NCBI GenBank assembly: GCA_041656935.1
Contig: JBBACQ010000003.1
Span: 27,358-91,357, forward strand
Length of the DNA stretch: 64,000 bases
Direction: 5' to 3'
From: Patescibacteria group bacterium
GTDB lineage: Bacteria > Patescibacteriota > Patescibacteriia > Patescibacteriales > UBA12465
The position numbers and the translations under genes are program-made. The notes under the pieces are model-generated. The model was not told the origin of the DNA and made no database searches. It was given only the letters and a program-made list of their open reading frames with translations. Below, piece by piece: positions 20,592 to 28,735 of this stretch (positions are counted from its first letter, which is position 1; each line of letters starts with the position of its first letter).

Positions 20592-22644
20592 GGGCCATGA
20601 TTTGATCTTCCTTAGCTATTAAAGGATTAACATCAACCTCAAAAATATTTGGTTGATCTTTAATTTTCTTAGAAAAATTTAAAATAATATCAATTAATTT
20701 TTTTATATTTATTCCTTTTTTTCCTCGGGCTCCAACTAAAATCGGGTAACATCTCAGTTTTTTAATCATTTTCAAAACACGATCTCGATCTAAATCAGCT
20801 GTTTCTAGGACAATGTCTTTATAAATTTCTGAATAAATTCCACCTTGACCTAATAAAACAATCGGCCCAAAAACCGGATCTCTTTTAAAACCTAATATTA
20901 ACTCCCAACCATTTTTTACCATCGGCTGAAAAACAACTTTGTTATCAAAGGCTATCTTTTTTTTCATCTTTTGTTCTTGAAAAATATCAAGAACATTTAA
21001 AGCCTCACTTTTATTTTCAATATTTAAGAAAACGGCCTGCTTATCGCTTTTATGAATAAAATCGGGACCGGTAAATTTAATAACAATCGGATATTTTATT
21101 TTATTTAAAATTTTCTTATTTATCTCTTTAGATGAAACCATTTTTAAACCTATTTTTTTCAAAAAATTAAACGATTTTAAATAATCCCAAACCTCTAAAT
21201 CGGAAGCGTAATCAACTGCCTCTTCATTTTTGTCTTTTTTCTCTTCTATGAAATTTTTAATAGTTTTTCTATTATTTAAATAATTAAAAAACTTAGATAA
21301 AATATTAATCGCCTCTTCCAAAGAATCAAAATTTGATATAGCGTATTTATTTAAAATATTTTTACTCTTAGCAACTTCGACTCCGCCAATAAAACAGGTG
21401 CCTACCAACTTATCTGGATATTTTTCTTTTATTTTCCCAATAACCTCGGCGGTTGGGACCACCTTGGTCATGCTCTGCGGAGTTAATAAAATCAAAACTG
21501 AAGAAACCTTAGGATCAGCCAAAATTAAACTCAAAGATTTTTGATATCTTTCGGGATCAGCATCCCCTAAAATATCTAAGGGATTTTTTACATGAGCAAA
21601 GCTAGGTAATGTTTTTTTCAATTTAATAATTGTTTCTTTAGAAAGAACGGCTAACGATAAATTATTTTCATAGGTCGCATCGCTAGCTAAAACCGCTAGG
21701 CCCCCAGCATTAGAAACAATCGCTAATTTACCAGAGGTATCTTTGACCGGCCCCTTAATAAGGTGCATTAAATTATATATTTCATTAATATTTTCTAAAA
21801 TAATTGCTCCGGCTCGCTCTAGAGCTGTTAGGGTAACTTCATAAGAACCAGCCAAACTGCCAGTATGAGATTTAGCCATCTCCCCTCCGCTGACTGTTCG
21901 CCCCGATTTAAGTATAGCTACTGGTTTAGTTTTAGCTAATTTAGAAACTAATTTTAAAAATTTTTGTCCCTGAGAAATTTCTTCTAAATAGGCTACTATT
22001 AAATCAGTTTTTTTATCCTTAGCTAAAAATTCAAAAAAATCATTTTCATTTAAGTTTAATTTATTACCTAAGCTAACGAAATAAGACAAGCCGATATTTT
22101 TGTCTCTAATCCAATCTAAAAGAGCGCTACCAATAGCCCCAGACTGAGATAAAAAAGCAATATTATTAGTTCTTTTTATTTCTGGCACTAATAAATAATT
22201 AGAGAAGGTAACATTCAAAAATTTATCGTTATTAATAAATCCTAAACAATTAGGACCTAAAATATTAATCTTATTTTTATTAGCTAAAATTTTGATTTTC
22301 TCTTCTAACGCCTGACCATCATTGTCAGCCTCTTTAAACCCAGCACTAATAATAACAACACTCTTTATGCCCAAGCGAGCACATTTCTCTATTTCAGCTA
22401 TAACAAATTTTGCTGGTATAACTATCACGACCAAAAGTTCCGCCCATTTTTTTATTGGCAAATCACTAATATCGGCGTAAGCTTTAATTCCGGCTATTTT
22501 TTTCTCTTTAAGATTAACCGGGAAAACCCCCGTTTTTTTTGTCAGACTAATATTATCAAAGACTTTTCGCCCCACTTTTTCAACGTTATTAGAAGCTCCC
22601 ACGACAGCAATAAATTTGGGGTTTAAAAATTTTTCTAATTTCAT
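20563..22644 (-). CDS. ADP-forming acetyl-CoA synthetase (fused alpha/beta; CoA-binding + ATP-grasp)
   Basis: N-terminal CoA-binding region (IAVVGASNN..KVGR), SHTGSLAG phosphohistidine loop, C-terminal ATP-grasp. Confidence 0.85.
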   Translation of the reverse strand: MKLEKFLNPKFIAVVGASNNVEKVGRKVFDNISLTKKTGVFPVNLKEKKIAGIKAYADISDLPIKKWAELLVVIVIPAKFVIAEIEKCARLGIKSVVIISAGFKEADNDGQALEEKIKILANKNKINILGPNCLGFINNDKFLNVTFSNYLLVPEIKRTNNIAFLSQSGAIGSALLDWIRDKNIGLSYFVSLGNKLNLNENDFFEFLAKDKKTDLIVAYLEEISQGQKFLKLVSKLAKTKPVAILKSGRTVSGGEMAKSHTGSLAGSYEVTLTALERAGAIILENINEIYNLMHLIKGPVKDTSGKLAIVSNAGGLAVLASDATYENNLSLAVLSKETIIKLKKTLPSFAHVKNPLDILGDADPERYQKSLSLILADPKVSSVLILLTPQSMTKVVPTAEVIGKIKEKYPDKLVGTCFIGGVEVAKSKNILNKYAISNFDSLEEAINILSKFFNYLNNRKTIKNFIEEKKDKNEEAVDYASDLEVWDYLKSFNFLKKIGLKMVSSKEINKKILNKIKYPIVIKFTGPDFIHKSDKQAVFLNIENKSEALNVLDIFQEQKMKKKIAFDNKVVFQPMVKNGWELILGFKRDPVFGPIVLLGQGGIYSEIYKDIVLETADLDRDRVLKMIKKLRCYPILVGARGKKGINIKKLIDIILNFSKKIKDQPNIFEVDVNPLIAKEDQIMALDVRVVGKK

Positions 22645-22649
22645 AGATG

Positions 22650-22850
22650 TTATTTATTTTTTAAAAAAGGAGAAAATATTATATAAAAAAAGATTACTAA
22701 AAATAAAAAGACTAAAATATTAAGATTAATATAGGCTAAAACAAATCTAGGAAAAATTAATTCTAAAAGAAAAAACAAAAATAAACTTACAGCTAGAAAG
22801 TAAAAAAGCTCCTTTTTATATTTATCAATTTTGCTCTTAAATCTTAACAT
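22650..22850 (-). CDS. Small two-helix membrane protein
   Basis: The ORF is hydrophobic throughout; there is no family signal. Confidence 0.35.
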   Translation of the reverse strand: MLRFKSKIDKYKKELFYFLAVSLFLFFLLELIFPRFVLAYINLNILVFLFLVIFFYIIFSPFLKNK

Positions 22851-22857
22851 AAAAACA

Positions 22858-24291
22858 TCAAAAATTAAAATATTTTTTTAATTTGGCTTTTAAACTCGTG
22901 CCCGTTAAACTTATCTCTATTTTTTCTATTTCTACAAAATTCTCCTCCCTTATTTCCGACAAAAAAGGAATTGAAAAAATAAAATGATAACCATCCTTAT
23001 CCACAAAAGCACCATTTAAATCAACCTTTAAAATAGACTCCCAAGATTCATCTTTAAACTCCGCTTTATTATATTTAGCTACTATAAAATCAAAATTTTC
23101 AATGTTTAAATCTTGATCTAACCTAATTAACCAAGGATCAAAAAAAGATTCTTCCGTGAAAGAAAATAAACCATTATTTTCTATCAATAAACCACTGGAA
23201 TATAATTTTAACCTATTTAATTTATCTACTCTATCCGAGATAGAGCTTACATTAAATTGCTTATAAATTTCATCTACCCAAAAACTTTCATTATTAATCT
23301 CGATTTTGCCTAAATGTTCAGAAGATAAAGCTTTTAGTCTAAAATTATTCTTCAGAGAAAAAATAGTTGTTTCCGAAGTTAATTCATCTAAAAACAATTT
23401 ATTTAAAAAAACCAACTTTGTTAAATTTGCCCTAATTTCATCGGTTATAATATTATCACTACTATTAATTTCTACTTTATAAACACCTTCCTTTAAATCT
23501 GGCAGGTCGAGAACAAAAGCCAAGGTATTATTACTAAAATTATTATCGCTAATGTTTTTTTCAAAAATTAAATCATTTGCTTGATAAACTCTAACTCTAA
23601 AATTTTCTGAGGTGGCTTCAATCTTCCTAAAAATAAAATTAATATTTAAAGCCTCTTCTTTCACATAAGTAAAAAAAGAATATGACCCTCTTATTTTATT
23701 TATTTCTAAAATATTTCTAGTCTGAGGTTCATAATCATCTAAGACAAATTCTCTATCGATGTCATAATTATAAAAAATAGTTTTAGAAAAATCATTATTA
23801 TTTATAAAGTCTGAGTAACTGGCAAAAATATTATTTTTTTGGAAAAATAAAACAGCTTCTTCTTCCTTAACTGACCATTTTTCCGATAAACTGTTCAATT
23901 TATTATTATAAACCGGATATAACCTATAATCCCAATTATTTTTATCAACCAACACCCCAGCCTCAATATTTAAAAAATCAGCTCGGCTTAAATCTTGGCT
24001 AATTTTATACTTTAATTTAATTTCAGCCTCATTGAAATGGCGAGACGTTCTTAAATTAAAATAAACTGGGTCACCAATTATCTTATTCTTATCTAATAAT
24101 CGATCACTAGGGCCGAATTTATGAAAGAAACCCTGACCGCCTAATAGATTAAAACTTTTTTTAGAAAAATCATAACTATAGGTTATTTTCCCTGAAGGAA
24201 CAACATAAAAATAAGCCAAAACCATTAAGCTGACCCCTAAAAAAGAGTATAAAAAAAATCTAACTTTTTTCATCTTTAAATTATGCCACAT
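22858..24291 (-). CDS. Hypothetical membrane-anchored extracytoplasmic protein
   Basis: Long ORF with an N-terminal TM helix (FLYSFLGVSLMVLAYFYVV); no recognisable motif. Confidence 0.5.
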   Translation of the reverse strand: MWHNLKMKKVRFFLYSFLGVSLMVLAYFYVVPSGKITYSYDFSKKSFNLLGGQGFFHKFGPSDRLLDKNKIIGDPVYFNLRTSRHFNEAEIKLKYKISQDLSRADFLNIEAGVLVDKNNWDYRLYPVYNNKLNSLSEKWSVKEEEAVLFFQKNNIFASYSDFINNNDFSKTIFYNYDIDREFVLDDYEPQTRNILEINKIRGSYSFFTYVKEEALNINFIFRKIEATSENFRVRVYQANDLIFEKNISDNNFSNNTLAFVLDLPDLKEGVYKVEINSSDNIITDEIRANLTKLVFLNKLFLDELTSETTIFSLKNNFRLKALSSEHLGKIEINNESFWVDEIYKQFNVSSISDRVDKLNRLKLYSSGLLIENNGLFSFTEESFFDPWLIRLDQDLNIENFDFIVAKYNKAEFKDESWESILKVDLNGAFVDKDGYHFIFSIPFLSEIREENFVEIEKIEISLTGTSLKAKLKKYFNF

Positions 24292-24349
24292 TTAAGGAAA
24301 AAAAACAAAAAAAGGCCTTAATAGACCTTTAGATAACTGCCAGAAAAAA

Positions 24350-24967
24350 CTAGGCTAATCGGAGTTTTTCTAGCTCCTTAACATTGTTAAGAAGCTCAAT
24401 AAACTTATCAAAAACTAATATCTCATTAGAGGCATTAGTTTCTGCTTTTTTCATTTCAGAAAAATAATCCAATAACTTCTTGTACTCCTTATTTTTCAGA
24501 AGACGGAAACACTTGCCTAATCTTTTCAAAGAACCAAAATTGGAATAGATTTGTTCTGCTAAAACCTTATTCCTTATTTTCTCGTTATTAGCGATTTTAA
24601 TGATTTTTTTGTAATCATATTTGTCCAAATTGGACAGCGCTAAAAGCCTTACTTTAAAATCCTTGGCCATGTAAGCAATGATTTTGAAAGATCCCATTTC
24701 TAGCTCATTAATCCGAGCTATCCTATTTTCTTCTTGCTCTTTCCAATGAGGTAAATACAAATCTTTATTATCATCTTGATTGTCCTGATTGGGAGCGATT
24801 ATTGCTCTTTCCTTAGATTTTAAATTATCTACTAAATCATTTGGAAGATAATTTAAAACTTCTTCCTCTGCCTCTCCTTTAACATTAATTACCAAGTTTT
24901 TTTTCTCTTCAATGCTAATTTTTTTCTGATCAGAAAAATTAATTTCTAATTGAGTCCCGTGTCTCAT
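24350..24967 (-). CDS. Hypothetical protein
   Basis: ORF with a strong GGGAGG Shine-Dalgarno and a TTGACA-17-TAGTAT promoter upstream (25000-25040). Confidence 0.5.
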   Translation of the reverse strand: MRHGTQLEINFSDQKKISIEEKKNLVINVKGEAEEEVLNYLPNDLVDNLKSKERAIIAPNQDNQDDNKDLYLPHWKEQEENRIARINELEMGSFKIIAYMAKDFKVRLLALSNLDKYDYKKIIKIANNEKIRNKVLAEQIYSNFGSLKRLGKCFRLLKNKEYKKLLDYFSEMKKAETNASNEILVFDKFIELLNNVKELEKLRLA

Positions 24968-25083
24968 TTTTTCCTCCCTTTTTATTATTAATTTTTTAAT
25001 GTTCTAAATAATTACATCTTATACTATCATATTATACTGTCGATGTCAATATTAAAAAAAGGACTAAAAAGTCCTTTCAAGAG

Positions 25084-25551
25084 TTAAATGTTTAGTAATA
25101 AGTAAACCAGAATAACTATTACTAAACCCGCCAGCATTTCTAATAAATTTTTTATCTTTATTCTTTTTTGGAATAAAGAAACGACTAGAAATAAAGACGG
25201 AATCAAAGAGGGACCAGCTATCACCATTATCCACCAACCAAAGTTGATTAATATAAATAGAGATAGAACCGCTCCGCCCGCTAGATTCAAGCCTAAAATT
25301 AGATACTCCTTTTTATTTTTCAAAAAATAAAACAAATATATAATAAGGAAATTTAAAACAGCTAAAATAAACAGGTAATAAATTAGGCAAGAAATCTTGA
25401 TAGTAGCCGGAATGTTTGGCCAAATTCTTCCGCCATCGGTCTGTCCATCGATAAATAATGGAATAGTTATTTCTCTGCTCTCCCCCTTGAGGAATAACAA
25501 TAAGAAAAACACCGATAAAAAAATTAGTAAAAAAAGAACTATTTTCTTCAT
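25084..25551 (-). CDS. Polytopic membrane protein
   Basis: Several hydrophobic helices. Followed by terminator hairpin AAAGGAC/GTCCTTT at 25056-25076. Confidence 0.45.
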   Translation of the reverse strand: MKKIVLFLLIFLSVFFLLLFLKGESREITIPLFIDGQTDGGRIWPNIPATIKISCLIYYLFILAVLNFLIIYLFYFLKNKKEYLILGLNLAGGAVLSLFILINFGWWIMVIAGPSLIPSLFLVVSLFQKRIKIKNLLEMLAGLVIVILVYLLLNI

Positions 25552-25617
25552 GATAAAAAGAACTATTTAATAATCTATTTAAACATAAAAATTTATAGAA
25601 GTCAACCAGGCAAATTT

Positions 25618-26166
25618 TTATCTTTTATCTTTCTCTGAAAGAAATTTTAAAACAAAAAATGCTAAAATTCCACCAATAATAGCAGTTAAAAATTGAAACC
25701 AACCCATAGTAACTGCTATTTTTCCGGCCAATTCTTTTTTTAATAATAGATTAAACAAAAGAGAACTAGAAATATAGAGGAAAGCAAATTTTAAAAAGCT
25801 GGCCGAAATAATTCCGAACCAATAATTTTTGTTTTTTAAATAATGGAACGATACTACTAATAAAATATTACCTAAAATAATAAAAGGGATAATCGGAGCT
25901 AAAGCCAAAGATAATATCCCGGTTGATAAGGCTATTAAACTAGGTAAAAAACTTAAAAGAATACCAGTTCTAAGGCCTAAGGTTATAACACTAATAAACA
26001 AAATGGCATTAATTATGGGTCCAGTTATTAATTGATGGCCTAAAAGGGGAGCAACTAAAGACAAAGACAAAAAAACAGAGAATTGTACTAAAGGGATAAC
26101 TTTGAAATCAATTAGTGACTGAGCTTTAATATTTTTCATATTTTGAAAATTAATTATTAACAACAC
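25618..26166 (-). CDS. Polytopic membrane protein (family not recognised)
   Basis: 5-6 predicted helices. The start may be the internal MKNIK. Confidence 0.45.
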   Translation of the reverse strand: MLLIINFQNMKNIKAQSLIDFKVIPLVQFSVFLSLSLVAPLLGHQLITGPIINAILFISVITLGLRTGILLSFLPSLIALSTGILSLALAPIIPFIILGNILLVVSFHYLKNKNYWFGIISASFLKFAFLYISSSLLFNLLLKKELAGKIAVTMGWFQFLTAIIGGILAFFVLKFLSEKDKR

Positions 26167-26245
26167 CTGCCGTAATTATACCATTTTAAAAATAAAAAAC
26201 AAAAAAAGGTGATAGTAATCACCTTTGATCTTCATTAGGTATAAA

Positions 26246-26665
26246 TCAAGAGAAAAAAGCTGCCCAATCATCGGGCGTAGGAGGCGATAACTCTTTATTA
26301 TACTTTTTTATTTTTTCTATTAATTCAGGATCATTAGAAAATTCCTTTCTCAGACAGAGATAGGCCTTATATCCCTTTTTTAAAATTTCTTTAGGATAGG
26401 AGTGCCCCCAAACATATTCTCTAAAAGGAATTTTTTCTTTATTTAAACAAAACCTGAGGTAGACCTCAGATAGTTCTTCAGCCAATTTTTCATTGACCTT
26501 TTTTAATCTTTCGTAATTTTTAGCTGAACCGGGTTTGTGGTTATAAAAATTATAAAAAAAATTACAATAAATACAAACGCCAGTAACATCTATAACGAGA
26601 AATTCATTAAAGGTTAACGGTTTTTGACTAAAATTCCGACCAAAATTTCCACGATTTTTACTCAT
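26246..26665 (-). CDS. Hypothetical protein
   Basis: ORF with its own TTGACA-17-TAAGAT promoter (26690-26725) and terminator hairpin AAAGGTGA/TCACCTTT (26205-26226). Confidence 0.5.
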   Translation of the reverse strand: MSKNRGNFGRNFSQKPLTFNEFLVIDVTGVCIYCNFFYNFYNHKPGSAKNYERLKKVNEKLAEELSEVYLRFCLNKEKIPFREYVWGHSYPKEILKKGYKAYLCLRKEFSNDPELIEKIKKYNKELSPPTPDDWAAFFS

Positions 26666-26734
26666 TTTTTAATTTTTAATGAACGATAACAAATAATCTT
26701 AATATACTTTTTACATTTTGTCAAATTAAAAAAG

Positions 26735-26998
26735 CCATCAAGCTAAGTAAAATCGTTAGATCAATCACTCAAGATATTTCTATCGAGTTAATCGATTTCG
26801 ACATAAAGCTGTCTCGACCTCGTTTTACTTTTATTGATGGCTGAAGCGATCCTTTCCGAAGAAAGGATCTTTGAAACCTTTTCTAAATTTTCTTTACCCG
26901 GTACTTTGTGCTATGCACGTACTAGGGCGAACCGTAGACAATCCTTAAATAAGGAAACGAAAAAATCCGGCTAAATCTTCCCTATTGTCAATTATATA
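26735..26998 (-). ncRNA. Candidate stand-alone structured RNA (unknown class)
   Basis: Minus-strand TTGACA (27034-27029)-17 nt-TATTAT (27011-27006) promoter. Transcript contains GAUCCUUUC-UUCG-GAAAGGAUC, a UCCUU/AAGGA hairpin and a CCC-GUAC-GUGC/GCAC-GUAC-GGG hairpin. It ends in a terminal helix of about 115 nt (GCCATCAA..AAGTAAAA / TTTTACTT..TTGATGGC) followed by a T-run. No ORF. Confidence 0.35.
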
Positions 26999-27033
26999 AT
27001 AAGCTAAAATTAGGCTTATGTCAATAAGATAGT

Positions 27034-28473
27034 TTAATATTGTCTTCCCCAAAAAACTAGATGTTTTGCTTTTTTACCACAAACTACACATTTATCAGAA
27101 ATTTCTTCTTGCTCAAAAGGAATGCATCTAGAACTAGCTCCGGTTTTTTCTTTTATCTCTTCTTCACAGTGAGTTTCCCCACACCACATCGCTTTAATAT
27201 ATCCTTGTTTGTCATTAATTTTTTTTATAAATTCCTCTAAATTACTAGCCGAAAAAGTCCTATCGATCATATTTTTCTCGCAAGTATTAAACATTCTTTT
27301 TTGAATATTATTTAAAATTTCTTTCAATTTAAAATTAACATCATTAAGTTGGACGGCTGTTTTATCACCAGTGTCTCTCTCCACTATAATACATTGATTT
27401 TCCAAAATATCCTTAGGCCCAATTTCTATTCTTACCGGCACACCTTTCATTTCCCAATCATTAAATTTATACCCAGGAGTATAATTATCTCTTTTATCAA
27501 TTTCAACTCTAAACTTTTTATTTAAAGTATTTAATAATTCTTCAGCTTTATCAACTACCGCTTCATCTGACAGAGAAATCGGTATAATCATAGCTTGAAT
27601 AGGGGCAATTTCTGGAGGAAGTTTTAATCCTCGATTATCACCATGAGCCATAATAACTGCTCCGATTAATCTAGTACTAATACCCCAGGAAGTTTGATAA
27701 GCATATTCTTCTTTTTCAATTCTATTTCTAAATTTAATTTTAAATGGCTTGCTAAATTTTTGACCAAAATAATGACTAGTCCCAGCTTGTATGGCCTTAC
27801 CATCGTGCATTAAAGTTTCAACCGAATAAGTATTTTCCGCCCCAGCAAATTTTTCGGAAAAACTTTTTTCTCCTTGCAAAACGGGGATAGCTAATCTTTT
27901 TTCAATAATATTTTTATATATATCTAATATTTTCAAAGTTAAAGTTTGGGCTTCTTCGGCTGTTTCATGAACAGTGTGGCCCTCCTGCCATAAAAATTCT
28001 CTAGATCTCAAAAACGGTTTGGTTTCTTTTTCCCATCTAACAACATTGCACCATTGATTAAAAATCATCGGCAAATCCCGCCAAGATTCTGTCCACTTTG
28101 CATATAGGGTAGAAAACATTGTTTCAGATGTTGGTCTAATACAAAATCTGTTTTCTAATTTTTGGCTACCACCATGAGTTACCCAAGCAACTTCTGGGGC
28201 AAAACCTTCAACATGTTCTTTCTCTTTATTTAATAAATCTTCAGGAATTAATAATGGAAGATACAAGTTTTTCACTCCAACTTTTTTGAATTCTTCATTA
28301 GCATATTTCTGAATATTTTCCCAAATAGCAAAACCATAGGGTTTGATGGCCATAAAACCTTTAATATCAACATAATCAGCTAGATCGGCTTTTAAAACTA
28401 TATCGGTATACCATTGGGCAAAGTCATCTTCGATATTAGTTATTTCTTTTACGAAATTTTTATTATCACTCAT
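27034..28473 (-). CDS. proS: Prolyl-tRNA synthetase (archaeal/eukaryote-like class II, C-terminal Zn domain)
   Basis: Class II core, HGTP anticodon-binding domain, and a C-terminal Cys cluster ending ...FWGRQY. Confidence 0.9.
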   Translation of the reverse strand: MSDNKNFVKEITNIEDDFAQWYTDIVLKADLADYVDIKGFMAIKPYGFAIWENIQKYANEEFKKVGVKNLYLPLLIPEDLLNKEKEHVEGFAPEVAWVTHGGSQKLENRFCIRPTSETMFSTLYAKWTESWRDLPMIFNQWCNVVRWEKETKPFLRSREFLWQEGHTVHETAEEAQTLTLKILDIYKNIIEKRLAIPVLQGEKSFSEKFAGAENTYSVETLMHDGKAIQAGTSHYFGQKFSKPFKIKFRNRIEKEEYAYQTSWGISTRLIGAVIMAHGDNRGLKLPPEIAPIQAMIIPISLSDEAVVDKAEELLNTLNKKFRVEIDKRDNYTPGYKFNDWEMKGVPVRIEIGPKDILENQCIIVERDTGDKTAVQLNDVNFKLKEILNNIQKRMFNTCEKNMIDRTFSASNLEEFIKKINDKQGYIKAMWCGETHCEEEIKEKTGASSRCIPFEQEEISDKCVVCGKKAKHLVFWGRQY

Positions 28474-28735
28474 AATATTTTTATTTAGTTAGACAACGAG
28501 GATTTTAAAGGGTTGTCTCTCTTTATAAATCCAATAACGAAATTAATCGTCTCGAAAGCAATGAAATTATAGCATAATTTTAAAAAAATATAAAACAATT
28601 GTATTTTTAATACTTTTTGGGATAAAAAGATTATTAGCTTGATATTATAAAAATTGAGATAACTAGCTTTTGTAACTATTAATTAAAAATAAAAAACCCC
28701 TCAACAATAAAGATTGTAAGGGGTTGGGACTATTA

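Noticed and set aside
28474-28735. T-box or other leader upstream of proS (and at 32174-32530 upstream of the thrS-like gene)
   Set aside because: I found no specifier, T-box (GGUGGUACCGCG-like) or antiterminator pattern. The regions contain only a promoter, small hairpins and the terminator of the upstream gene.
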